In this document: one piece after another, positions 27,017 to 35,923 of the stretch | Layout of the letters: every line of letters starts with the position of its first letter | Numbering within the stretch: the first letter of the stretch is position 1 | Assembly (NCBI GenBank): GCA_016342645.1 | Contig: JAEINX010000005.1 | Coordinates: 1-63,338, forward strand | DNA length: 63,338 bases | Reading direction: 5' to 3' | DNA from: Bacteroidales bacterium | GTDB taxonomy: Bacteria; Bacteroidota; Bacteroidia; Bacteroidales; JAEINX01 | Program-made: the position numbers and the translations under genes | The notes under the pieces: model-generated | What the model saw: the letters and a program-made list of their open reading frames with translations, nothing else | The model's database searches: none | Told to the model about the DNA's origin: nothing

Positions 27017-27600
27017 TGAATCAATGGAAAAATTTCACTAAAGGTTTTATTAAAGATAATCCGGTATTTGTTTTATTGCTGGGATTATGTCCAACACTTG
27101 GTGTAACAACATCGGCAGTTAACGGGCTTGGAATGGGAATAGCTACAACATTTGTTTTAGTATGTTCTAATCTGGTTGTTTCTTTAGTAAAAAATGCAAT
27201 ACCCGATAAAGTTCGTATCCCGAGCTTTATTGTAATTATTGCCTCGTTTGTAACAATAGTTGAGTTGGTTATGCAAGGATTTACGCCCGGACTTTTCGAT
27301 GCTCTCGGTTTGTTTATTCCTTTAATTGTAGTAAACTGTGTTGTACTTGGCCGTGCCGAAGGTTTCGCCTCAAAGCAATCACCAATTTCATCAATTCTTG
27401 ATGGTTTGGGTATGGGTTTAGGCTTTGCTTTTGCTTTGACTTTGCTTGGCGGAATAAGAGAAATTCTCGGAAACGGTTCAATTTTCGGACTTAAATTTAT
27501 TGAAGGCGATGCAATGCTGGTTTTTGTGCTTTCACCCGGTGCATTTATAGTTTTAGGCTATTTGATTGCTTTTATTAATAAAATTAAAAAAACCGCTTAA
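27016..27600 (+). CDS. rnfE: Rnf complex subunit E
   Basis: Polytopic NqrD/RnfE-like protein (LGLCPTLGVTT, PLIVVNCVVLGRAE). Confidence 0.9.
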   Translation: MNQWKNFTKGFIKDNPVFVLLLGLCPTLGVTTSAVNGLGMGIATTFVLVCSNLVVSLVKNAIPDKVRIPSFIVIIASFVTIVELVMQGFTPGLFDALGLFIPLIVVNCVVLGRAEGFASKQSPISSILDGLGMGLGFAFALTLLGGIREILGNGSIFGLKFIEGDAMLVFVLSPGAFIVLGYLIAFINKIKKTA

Positions 27601-27610
27601 ATAATTTATC

Positions 27611-28183
27611 ATGGAATATTTTGTAATAATTATAGGATCAATATTTGTCAGTAATATTGTATTGGCGCAATTTCTTGGAATTTGCCCCTTCCTTGGAGTT
27701 TCAGGCAAAGTATCAACCTCAATTGGGATGAGCGGTGCCGTTTTATTTGTTATGACAATTGCAACCATAGTTACTTGGTTAATTCAAACTTATATCCTTA
27801 TTCCCTTGGGAATTACTTTTTTGCAAACTATTAGTTTCATTCTTGTAATTGCTGCACTTGTGCAAATGGTTGAACTAATCCTGAAAAAAATAAGCCCTCC
27901 TTTATATCAGGCTTTAGGAATATTTCTTCCTTTAATTACAACCAATTGTGCTGTACTTGGTGTAGCGATCCAAACTGTTTCTAGAGATTTCAACCTTCTC
28001 GAAGGAGTTATTTTTGCAATTTCCAATGCAATTGGTTTTGGATTGGCAATGTTGATTTTTGCAGGTTTACGCGAACATCTCGACTTAATGAGCGTACCAA
28101 AAGGAATGAGAGGCGTACCTATTGCTTTGGTTACTGCCGGTATTCTTGCTCTTGCTTTTATGGGTTTTGGTGGCTTGGTTTAG
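27611..28183 (+). CDS. rnfA: Rnf complex subunit A
   Basis: Polytopic NqrE/RnfA-like protein (FLGICPFLGVS, PLITTNCAVLG). Confidence 0.9.
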   Translation: MEYFVIIIGSIFVSNIVLAQFLGICPFLGVSGKVSTSIGMSGAVLFVMTIATIVTWLIQTYILIPLGITFLQTISFILVIAALVQMVELILKKISPPLYQALGIFLPLITTNCAVLGVAIQTVSRDFNLLEGVIFAISNAIGFGLAMLIFAGLREHLDLMSVPKGMRGVPIALVTAGILALAFMGFGGLV

Positions 28184-28410
28184 GTAATATATCAGTTTTT
28201 AGTGTATTTTTGTGAAATCCTTTGTGCGGCATTGTGAAAAAAAAGTCTATTTTTGCCCCCGATTCGTATGAATACCGAATAAAGATTTTAGATTTTCTTA
28301 ATTTCTAAAATCAAAAATTTGTGCACTTTGTTCACTATTCAAGCACAAAAAAAAGAACACCATAAAGTATCTCCCAAATAATTTAGTTTGGGAATTAAAA
28401 TTTGAAATTA

Positions 28411-29682
28411 ATGCAATTTGAAAATCTGAATATTATTGAGCCAATATTGAAGGCTCTAAAAGATAAAAAATATACTGAGCCAACATCAATACAAGTAAAA
28501 ACTATCCCACTCATTTTAGAAAGAAATGATATTTTAGGTAGTGCTCAAACCGGAACAGGCAAAACAGCAGCTTTCGCAATTCCAATAATTCAACACCTCT
28601 ATCATAATGAGAGTAAAAGGCAAGGCAGGCCTAAAATAAATGCTTTGATAGTAACTCCAACGAGAGAACTGGCGATACAAATTGATGAAAACATTGAGGA
28701 ATACGGTAAATACACAAATATTAAACATGCTGTAATTTTTGGGGGTGTTAAGCAAACCGGACAGGTTGAAAAACTTAAGAATGGAGTACATATTCTGGTA
28801 GCTACTCCCGGAAGGTTGTTAGACCTGATAAATCAAGGATTTGTTAGCCTGAAATCAGTAAACATGTTCGTCCTCGACGAAGCAGATAGGATGCTTGATA
28901 TGGGTTTTATTAATGATATTAAGCAATTACTGAAGTTGCTTCCTGAAAAGAGGCAGTCTTTGTTTTTCTCAGCTACAATGCCGGATAATATTGTAGAACT
29001 TTCAAGGAAGATTTTGAAAAACCCTAAGAAAGTCGAAGTAAGTCCGGTTTCCTCAACTGCTGAAACTATACGTCAATATTTGTATTATACCAACAGATCA
29101 ACTAAGAAAGATTTGTTGCGTCATATCCTTCGCAATCCAACAATCAATCAGGTATTATTATTTAACAGGACAAAACATGGTGCCGACAGAATAACTCGAG
29201 AATTGATAAAACAAAAAGTTAAAGCAGCAGCCATCCATGGCGACAAAGCCCAAAATCAAAGACAAAAGGCTTTGGCACAGTTTAAAGCAGGAGAAATAAG
29301 AGTGTTGGTGGCAACTGATATTGCTGCAAGAGGTATCGACATTGACAAGTTAGGTTTTGTTATCAATTATGATATGCCGAATATTGCCGAAACTTATGTG
29401 CACAGGATAGGCCGCTCAGGAAGGGCAGGAGAAGAAGGTGTTTCTATTTCTATTTGTGAACCCGAAGAAAATGGTTTTGTAAAAGATATTGAAAAACTGA
29501 TAAACCGGAAAATAGAAGTTGTAACGGAAAATCCTTTTCCACAAACGGAAAAACCAATGAGCGAAAAGGAAAAGCGGGAATGGGAAAAAGAAAAGCTACG
29601 AAAAAAACAAGAATTCTTTGCCTCAAGGAAAAAAATGCATGACAGATCAAAGTCATTTAGCTCGTCAAGAAAGGTGAGGTAG
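28411..29682 (+). CDS. DEAD-box ATP-dependent RNA helicase with a basic C-terminal tail
   Basis: Q-motif region, AQTGTGKT, DEAD, SAT and HRIGRSGR. ATG at 28411 is preferred over the listed TTG. Confidence 0.85.
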   Translation: MQFENLNIIEPILKALKDKKYTEPTSIQVKTIPLILERNDILGSAQTGTGKTAAFAIPIIQHLYHNESKRQGRPKINALIVTPTRELAIQIDENIEEYGKYTNIKHAVIFGGVKQTGQVEKLKNGVHILVATPGRLLDLINQGFVSLKSVNMFVLDEADRMLDMGFINDIKQLLKLLPEKRQSLFFSATMPDNIVELSRKILKNPKKVEVSPVSSTAETIRQYLYYTNRSTKKDLLRHILRNPTINQVLLFNRTKHGADRITRELIKQKVKAAAIHGDKAQNQRQKALAQFKAGEIRVLVATDIAARGIDIDKLGFVINYDMPNIAETYVHRIGRSGRAGEEGVSISICEPEENGFVKDIEKLINRKIEVVTENPFPQTEKPMSEKEKREWEKEKLRKKQEFFASRKKMHDRSKSFSSSRKVR

Positions 29683-30020
29683 GAAGGCTAAAGTAAAAAG
29701 AAAAAAGTGAGGGATGCTTCGGGGATTTGCCGATTGGGGATTGGTGATTAAATGTGCTTTGCTGCTTGATTATTTGAAAGAATTTCAAAGAAAATGATTT
29801 TCTGAAGTGGGTTTTTCTTGCCAACCCATAATTATAATTGTACTTTTGCATTATGAGTAAATTTTATCAAATACAATCGCCAACTGATAAGATATTTAAT
29901 AATAAAATTAATGAAGAAAAGGTTGAAATAGTTAATATAGAGGAAGAAATAAACAAAAAACTAAAGTGGGTGTGAATCATTTAGTTGTTGGAATTATAAA
30001 TTTATTTATTCTTAATCACA

Positions 30021-30527
30021 ATGTCAAAAGTAATCAATATCGAAATCAAAGCACAATGTTACGATCCTCAAAAAATTAGAGAAGTTTTATTCAATCTAAA
30101 TACTAAATATATTGGCCTCGATCATCAGGTAGATACATATTTCATCGTAAAAAATGGACGATTAAAGCTTCGAGAAGGAAATATTGAGAATAATCTTATT
30201 CATTATGATCGTGAAAATATTTCAGGGCCAAAAACAAGTAATTGTCTTCTCTATAAATCAAATCCCGATTCATCTCTTAAAGAAATTCTGGTAAAATCGC
30301 TTGGAGTTTTTAAGATAGTTGAAAAAGATAGAGAGATTTTTTTCGTTGATAATGTAAAAATTCATATTGATAAAGTTAAAGGTTTGGGATCATTTGTAGA
30401 AATTGAAGCAATTAGTAAAAACAATGATTTTTCAAAATCTCAACTTTTGTCCCAATGCAAGCATTTTTTAGAAATTCTCGAAATCAAGGCTAATGATCTT
30501 ATACCATATTCGTATAGTGATATGTAA
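30021..30527 (+). CDS. CYTH-domain protein (CyaB-like class IV cyclase / triphosphatase fold)
   Basis: N-terminal NIEIKAQ (ExExK-like). 168 aa with alternating-strand motifs (LKLREG, VKIHIDKV, FVEIEA). Confidence 0.6.
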   Translation: MSKVINIEIKAQCYDPQKIREVLFNLNTKYIGLDHQVDTYFIVKNGRLKLREGNIENNLIHYDRENISGPKTSNCLLYKSNPDSSLKEILVKSLGVFKIVEKDREIFFVDNVKIHIDKVKGLGSFVEIEAISKNNDFSKSQLLSQCKHFLEILEIKANDLIPYSYSDM

Positions 30528-30672
30528 ATTTATTATCTAAATTATACTGAAATATTTCATAAAAATTTCCTATTTCGGTTGCGGAAAGTTTCAGATATTT
30601 ACAAAATTAAAAATCATTGACGGATTTTAATTTGAAAACAAAAAAATATTAATTTAAAAAGCAGATAAGCAT

Positions 30673-32454
30673 ATGAAAGCCAAAACATTTGTTGAAAAAA
30701 TATTCGAAGCAGAAAAAGGTAGCATCATTTTCAAAAAACCTGACATAATTTTAACGCATGACAATACTGCGAGCATTGCAGCCACTTTCAAGAAAATGGG
30801 AGGCGAAAAAGTTGCCGACCCCAATCAATTATTGATAGTTCTTGATCATAATGCTCCTCCAACAAGCTCAAAACTTGCCAACCAATATCAAAAAATTAGG
30901 GACATTGTCAATGAGCAGGGTATAGAAAAGTTTCATGATGTTGGAAATGGAATTTGCCATCAGGTTATGTCGGAATATGCAAAACCCGGAATGATAATAG
31001 TTGGAAGCGATAGCCACACTTGCACAGCAGGGGCTTTTAATGCTTTTGCCGCCGGAATCGACCGCACCGAATCAGCAGGGCTTTGGAAGCAGGGTGAAAC
31101 ATGGTTTAGAGTTCCCGAAACAATTAAAATTACCTTAAAAGGAAAATTCAAAAAAGGTGTTTTTGCAAAAGACCTTTCATTATGGATAATTGGAATGATA
31201 AGCTCAAGTGGAGCTGATTATATGTCGATTGAATATCATGGAGAGGGAGTAAAAAATCTTTCAATTGCCGAAAGAATGACAATCACAAACCTTGCCTCCG
31301 AAATGGGTGCAAAAAATGCAGTTTTTCCTTGTGATGAAGTTTTAGAAGAATTTCTTGGAGAAAAAACTGAAGGTATTTGGGCTGATCCGGATGCCGAGTA
31401 TGCCCGTGAAATAGAGATAGATTTAGGCGAGTTATATCCATTAGTTGCAGCACCTCATCATGTTGACAACGTAAAAGCATTATCCGAAGTACAAGGCACA
31501 AAACTAAACCAAGCATTAGTCGGTACCTGTACAAATGGTAGGCTCGAAGATTTACGCGAAGCTGCCAAAGTGTTAAAAGGAAATAAATTACCTAAAGATT
31601 TTCAAATGCTCATAATTCCGGCTTCGAAACAAATTTATTTGGAAGCCATGAAAGAAGGTTTAATAGAAATCTTTATGAATGCCGGTGCAAACGTACTTGC
31701 CACATCTTGTGGGCCATGTCTCGGAACCGGACAAGGAATTCCTGCCGACGGATATAATATCATTTCGACTGCTAACCGAAATTTCAAAGGAAGGATGGGT
31801 AATAAAGAAGCGAGTATTTATTTGGCTTCACCTGCCGCCGTTGCGTTTTCTGCATTGAAAGGCGAAATTTGTGACCCGAGAGGAATTATTTCAAACGATA
31901 AATTTCCCTCTTCAAAAGAACAGAGTAAAACCGTTGAAGTTAAAGAAAACGAAAATCGTTATGGGAAAGGAATATGGAATTATGCTGATGTCGATAATCT
32001 GAATACCGATCAAATGTTTGCCGGAAACCTTACTTATAGTGTTTTAAGTTCAGAACCTGAAAAAATTATGCCTCATTTATTTAAAGGTTTTGATGACAAT
32101 TTTTCAGAAAAGGTAAAGGAAAACGATATTATTATTGCAGGAGCAAACTTCGGTTGCGGTAGTTCGCGCGAACATCCGGCTGTAGGTTTATCATTTGCCG
32201 GGGTGAAAGCAGTAATTTGTAAATCAGTTAACCGTATTTTTTATCGCTCATCGGTTAATCAGGGTTTGCCGATTATTTTGTTACCTGAAGTAGTAGAATG
32301 TTACAAACAAGGTGATAAGGTAATTATTGATTTTGAAAAAGGCATTGTTTTCGTAAATAATAATGAATTCAAATTTGCCCCGCTTCCATCTAAATTAATG
32401 AATATTTTTGAAGCGAAGGGATTGGTGAATTATATTAAAAGCAGTCAAGGATGA
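30673..32454 (+). CDS. aconitase-family dehydratase, fused large and small subunits (LeuC/LeuD- or homoaconitase-like)
   Basis: GSDSHTC, CGPCLG and NRNFKGRMG (Fe-S ligand region), plus a C-terminal swivel domain GANFGCGSSREHPA. Confidence 0.75.
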   Translation: MKAKTFVEKIFEAEKGSIIFKKPDIILTHDNTASIAATFKKMGGEKVADPNQLLIVLDHNAPPTSSKLANQYQKIRDIVNEQGIEKFHDVGNGICHQVMSEYAKPGMIIVGSDSHTCTAGAFNAFAAGIDRTESAGLWKQGETWFRVPETIKITLKGKFKKGVFAKDLSLWIIGMISSSGADYMSIEYHGEGVKNLSIAERMTITNLASEMGAKNAVFPCDEVLEEFLGEKTEGIWADPDAEYAREIEIDLGELYPLVAAPHHVDNVKALSEVQGTKLNQALVGTCTNGRLEDLREAAKVLKGNKLPKDFQMLIIPASKQIYLEAMKEGLIEIFMNAGANVLATSCGPCLGTGQGIPADGYNIISTANRNFKGRMGNKEASIYLASPAAVAFSALKGEICDPRGIISNDKFPSSKEQSKTVEVKENENRYGKGIWNYADVDNLNTDQMFAGNLTYSVLSSEPEKIMPHLFKGFDDNFSEKVKENDIIIAGANFGCGSSREHPAVGLSFAGVKAVICKSVNRIFYRSSVNQGLPIILLPEVVECYKQGDKVIIDFEKGIVFVNNNEFKFAPLPSKLMNIFEAKGLVNYIKSSQG

Positions 32455-32461
32455 TTGGATA

Positions 32462-33169
32462 ATGATTGGAAAATTCCGAAATAAATATCGAATACAATCC
32501 AACCGAATGCCGTATTGGAATTATTCCGGAATAGGTAAATATTTTATTACTATATGTGTCAATGATCGAAATTGCATTTTTGGCTATATTGAAAATGATA
32601 AAATGATGTTAAATGAATATGGTAAAATTGCATACAATGAATGGGAAGTTTCAGTAACAATTCGTGATGAAATTGAATTGGATGCATTTATAATTATGCC
32701 AAATCATTTACATGGTATAGTTGTTTTGAAAAAAACAAATATGAATATGGTTTGTGGTTCGGATGGTTTGCACAATGGTTCGCCCGATGGTTTGTCCGAT
32801 GGTTCGCCTGTAGATTCGCACGATGATTCGCACGTAGAGATGCACGGCCGTGCGTCTCTACCAGAAAACCAACCAGAAAACCAAAACCCATTCCCGCAAA
32901 AACCGCAACGAAAACCAAAATCAATTTCATCGTTTATTGCCGGATTTAAATCGGCGGTTACAACCAAAATTAATAATTTGATTGATTTACGTATGCAAGC
33001 AAATGATTATGCACCTCAATTTAATATTACAAAATTTAATCGAAAAAACAAATTGTGGCAGGCCAATTATCATGATCATGTTATTCGGAATAATGAAGAA
33101 TTTTATCGTATTAAAAAATATATAATCAATTATCCTTCCAAATGGGAACAGGATAAATTTTATAAATAA
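32462..33169 (+). CDS. RAYT-like HUH (Y1) transposase of the IS200/IS605 superfamily
   Basis: HUH motif MPNHLHGIV and the distal LWQANYHDHVIRN (catalytic Tyr region). The central segment is low-complexity and contains a palindrome. Confidence 0.65.
   Translation: MIGKFRNKYRIQSNRMPYWNYSGIGKYFITICVNDRNCIFGYIENDKMMLNEYGKIAYNEWEVSVTIRDEIELDAFIIMPNHLHGIVVLKKTNMNMVCGSDGLHNGSPDGLSDGSPVDSHDDSHVEMHGRASLPENQPENQNPFPQKPQRKPKSISSFIAGFKSAVTTKINNLIDLRMQANDYAPQFNITKFNRKNKLWQANYHDHVIRNNEEFYRIKKYIINYPSKWEQDKFYK
32834..32861. repeat. 28-nt near-perfect palindrome GTAGAGATGCACGG|CCGTGCGTCTCTAC (REP-like)
   Basis: Read directly. One mismatch, which would be a G-U pair in RNA. It lies in-frame inside the RAYT-like CDS (VEMHGRASLP). 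Confidence 0.85.
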
Positions 33170-33182
33170 AAAATCAGATTTG

Positions 33183-34583
33183 ATGAAATTGAAAAATAAA
33201 ATATCGGTTTTGATTTTTATATCCATTGCAATCATAATTGTCGGATATTTTATCACATCATTTGTTTACCCGAAAAATGCAGGCAGGTATCCTGTTTTTA
33301 TTGCAATTCTTCTTCTCGATGTTTATTTATGGGTTTCAATAAAAAATATAATTTCAAATTTGTTTTCAGGAGAGACGCACGGCCGTGCGTCTCTACATGG
33401 AAACGGCCGTGCATCTCTACATGGAAATGACCGTGCGTCTCTACTGAAATATTTAATTATTATCATCTACTGGCTTCCATTGACTGTTATAGTTTTATTT
33501 ATGGGAATTTCTATTTTTCTACCAATAACAACATGGAATCCAGCTTTCAGAACTTATTTGTTTGGAATTGTATTCACGATAGCTGTCGCAAAATTGTTCC
33601 CAATTTTCTTTTTAATTATTGATGATATTATTCGACTCTTTAAAATTCTATTTTCATCTGTTAAGAAAAAGAAATTAAAACTTAAGCGGATAAGAATATT
33701 ACAAATATTAGGAATTTCTTCCGGTATTATCGTGTTTGTATTCCTATTGCTTGGGATGTTTTTATGGGTTTATGATTTTAAAACTAAAACCGAAATAATA
33801 TACCTTGAAGACCTTCCAGTTGAGTTCAATGATTTAAAAATAGTTCAGATTTCCGATCTCCACCTTGGAAGTTGGGCTATTAAAGAACCGCTTCAGGAAG
33901 CTGTTGATTTAATTAATGAGCAGAATCCTGACCTTGTTTTTTTTACAGGCGATTTAGTTAATTTTACATCAGATGAAGCATTTAGGTTTGAAAATATTTT
34001 AAGAAATGTTAAATCGAAATATGGTGTATTCAGTATTCTTGGAAACCATGACTACGGAAACTATTCGCATTGGAGTTCTAAGGAGGCAAAACAAGAAAAC
34101 ATGAAGCAAATATTTCAATTTTATAAAGACATCAATTGGAAATTGCTTTTAGATACTAATTATATTTTAGAAATAAATAATGAAAAAATTGCAATAATCG
34201 GGGTTGAAAATTGGGGTGCTCATGCTCGATTTCCAAAATATGGAGATATTAATCAGGCTCTTAGAGGAGTCGAAGATATTCCTACTAAATTGCTTTTATC
34301 ACATGATCCCAGCCATTGGGATTTAATAATCAGCCAAAAGTATCCCGATGTTGATATTACTTTTTCAGGGCATACTCACGGATTTCAGTTTGGGATTGAT
34401 TTCGCCGGAATATTATGGAGTCCTGCCGAGAAATTGTATAAACACTGGACTGGTTTATACTCCAATAAATCAAAGCAATATTTATATGTAAATCCCGGAA
34501 TTGGAACCATAGGTTACCCCGGAAGAATTGGCATATTACCCGAAATTTCAGTAATAATATTAAAAAAAGAAGAAAGAAAATGA
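33183..34583 (+). CDS. membrane-anchored metallophosphoesterase
   Basis: Multi-TM N-terminal half, then SDLHLG, GDLVNF, GNHDYG and GHTHG calcineurin-like motifs. Confidence 0.75.
   Translation: MKLKNKISVLIFISIAIIIVGYFITSFVYPKNAGRYPVFIAILLLDVYLWVSIKNIISNLFSGETHGRASLHGNGRASLHGNDRASLLKYLIIIIYWLPLTVIVLFMGISIFLPITTWNPAFRTYLFGIVFTIAVAKLFPIFFLIIDDIIRLFKILFSSVKKKKLKLKRIRILQILGISSGIIVFVFLLLGMFLWVYDFKTKTEIIYLEDLPVEFNDLKIVQISDLHLGSWAIKEPLQEAVDLINEQNPDLVFFTGDLVNFTSDEAFRFENILRNVKSKYGVFSILGNHDYGNYSHWSSKEAKQENMKQIFQFYKDINWKLLLDTNYILEINNEKIAIIGVENWGAHARFPKYGDINQALRGVEDIPTKLLLSHDPSHWDLIISQKYPDVDITFSGHTHGFQFGIDFAGILWSPAEKLYKHWTGLYSNKSKQYLYVNPGIGTIGYPGRIGILPEISVIILKKEERK
33371..33445. repeat. REP-like element: one left half-site plus three tandem right half-sites (CCGTGCRTCTCTACATGGAAA, 24-nt period)
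   Basis: agagacgcacgg followed by 3 copies of ccgtgc(g/a)tctct. Same palindrome core as 32834-32861. Encodes ETHGRASLHGNGRASLHGNDRASL in-frame. Confidence 0.85.
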
Positions 34584-35818
34584 AGATTATTTTAAGTTTA
34601 GTATGTTTCGTAATTGTATTTATTTTTTCAGGATTTTCTCAAAATAATCAGGAAAAAAAGTTGATAAAAAAAGCAAATAGAATTCATGAAGAAGTTCTGA
34701 CAATCGATTCACATGTTGATACTCCCATGCGTTTAATAAGAGACGGTTTTGATATTTCAAAAAGAAACGATCCTGATGAATCAAGAAGCAAAGTAGATTT
34801 CCCACGGATGAAGGAAGGAAATCTTGATGGAATATTTTTTGCTGTTTTTCTTGGCCAGGGTGAAAGAACAAAAGAGGGAAACAAAAAAGCAAAAGAAAAA
34901 ACTCTAAAAATATTTGAGGCAATTCATAAGTCGGTTCAAGATAATCCTGAAATGGCTGAAATTGCTCTCACTCCCGATGATGCTCATCGGATTGAGAAAA
35001 ATGGAAAACGAGCTATATTTATTGGAATTGAAAATGGATATCCGATTGGGAATGATTTGTCCAGCATTAAAGAATATTATGATTTGGGAGCAAGATATAT
35101 AACGCTTTGCCATACAAAAAACAATGATATTTGTGATTCTTCAACTGATACAATTGAGCATCATGGTTTAAGTAAATTCGGGGAAGATGTTATTAGAAAA
35201 ATGAATGATTTGGGAATGATGATTGATGTTTCTCATATTTCGGATGAAGCATTTTATGATGTAATTGAAATCAGTAAATCACCTATTATTGCTTCTCATT
35301 CGTGTGCAAGAGCAATTTGTGATAATCCGAGAAATTTGGATGACAAAATGTTAGAAAAACTTGCCAAAAACGGAGGTGTTATACAAATGTGTATTTTAAG
35401 TGATTATGTTGAAGAACCGGAGCCAAATCTCGAACGAGATGCTGCTCAGGAAGCTGTAAGAACTAAATACAAAGGTTTCGTTGACTTGAGTGATGAAGAA
35501 ATGAAAAATGCCAGAAAAGACTGGTATGCAATTGATAAGAAATATCCACGAAAGTTGACAAATGTTTCACGTGTTGTCGATCATATTGATCATATTGTTG
35601 AAGTTGCCGGTATCAATCATGTTGGTATTGGTACTGATTTCGATGGGGGAGGTGGTGTTGAAGGTTGTTACGATGTTAGTGAAATGGGAAATATCACGCT
35701 TGAACTGGTGAAACGAGGATATACAAAAAAGGAAATTGAAAAAATCTGGGGAGGAAACCTGATGCGAGTTCTAAAAGTTGTAGAGAATAATGCTTCGAAT
35801 AATTCGGCAAGTATTTAA
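34580..35818 (+). CDS. membrane dipeptidase (peptidase M19)
   Basis: IDSHVDTP, ITLCHTKNN and GIGTDFDGG are typical of the renal dipeptidase family. Signal peptide present. ATGA overlap with the upstream gene. Confidence 0.85.
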   Translation: MKIILSLVCFVIVFIFSGFSQNNQEKKLIKKANRIHEEVLTIDSHVDTPMRLIRDGFDISKRNDPDESRSKVDFPRMKEGNLDGIFFAVFLGQGERTKEGNKKAKEKTLKIFEAIHKSVQDNPEMAEIALTPDDAHRIEKNGKRAIFIGIENGYPIGNDLSSIKEYYDLGARYITLCHTKNNDICDSSTDTIEHHGLSKFGEDVIRKMNDLGMMIDVSHISDEAFYDVIEISKSPIIASHSCARAICDNPRNLDDKMLEKLAKNGGVIQMCILSDYVEEPEPNLERDAAQEAVRTKYKGFVDLSDEEMKNARKDWYAIDKKYPRKLTNVSRVVDHIDHIVEVAGINHVGIGTDFDGGGGVEGCYDVSEMGNITLELVKRGYTKKEIEKIWGGNLMRVLKVVENNASNNSASI

Positions 35819-35844
35819 TGAAAAGTAATTGAAAATCTTATTCA

Positions 35845-35871
35845 TGCAACCTTTGATAAAGGTAGTTGTCT
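35845..35871 (+). promoter_or_regulatory. conserved TGCAAC-N16-TGTCT motif (ECF-sigma-like promoter candidate), copy 1
   Basis: Identical hexamer, pentamer and 16-nt spacing upstream of all three C25-like paralogs. 52 nt to the ATG. Confidence 0.45.
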
Positions 35872-35923
35872 TTAACATAAATTATCTTTGAGAAGAAATA
35901 TTTATTAACAAATAGAAGCTATC

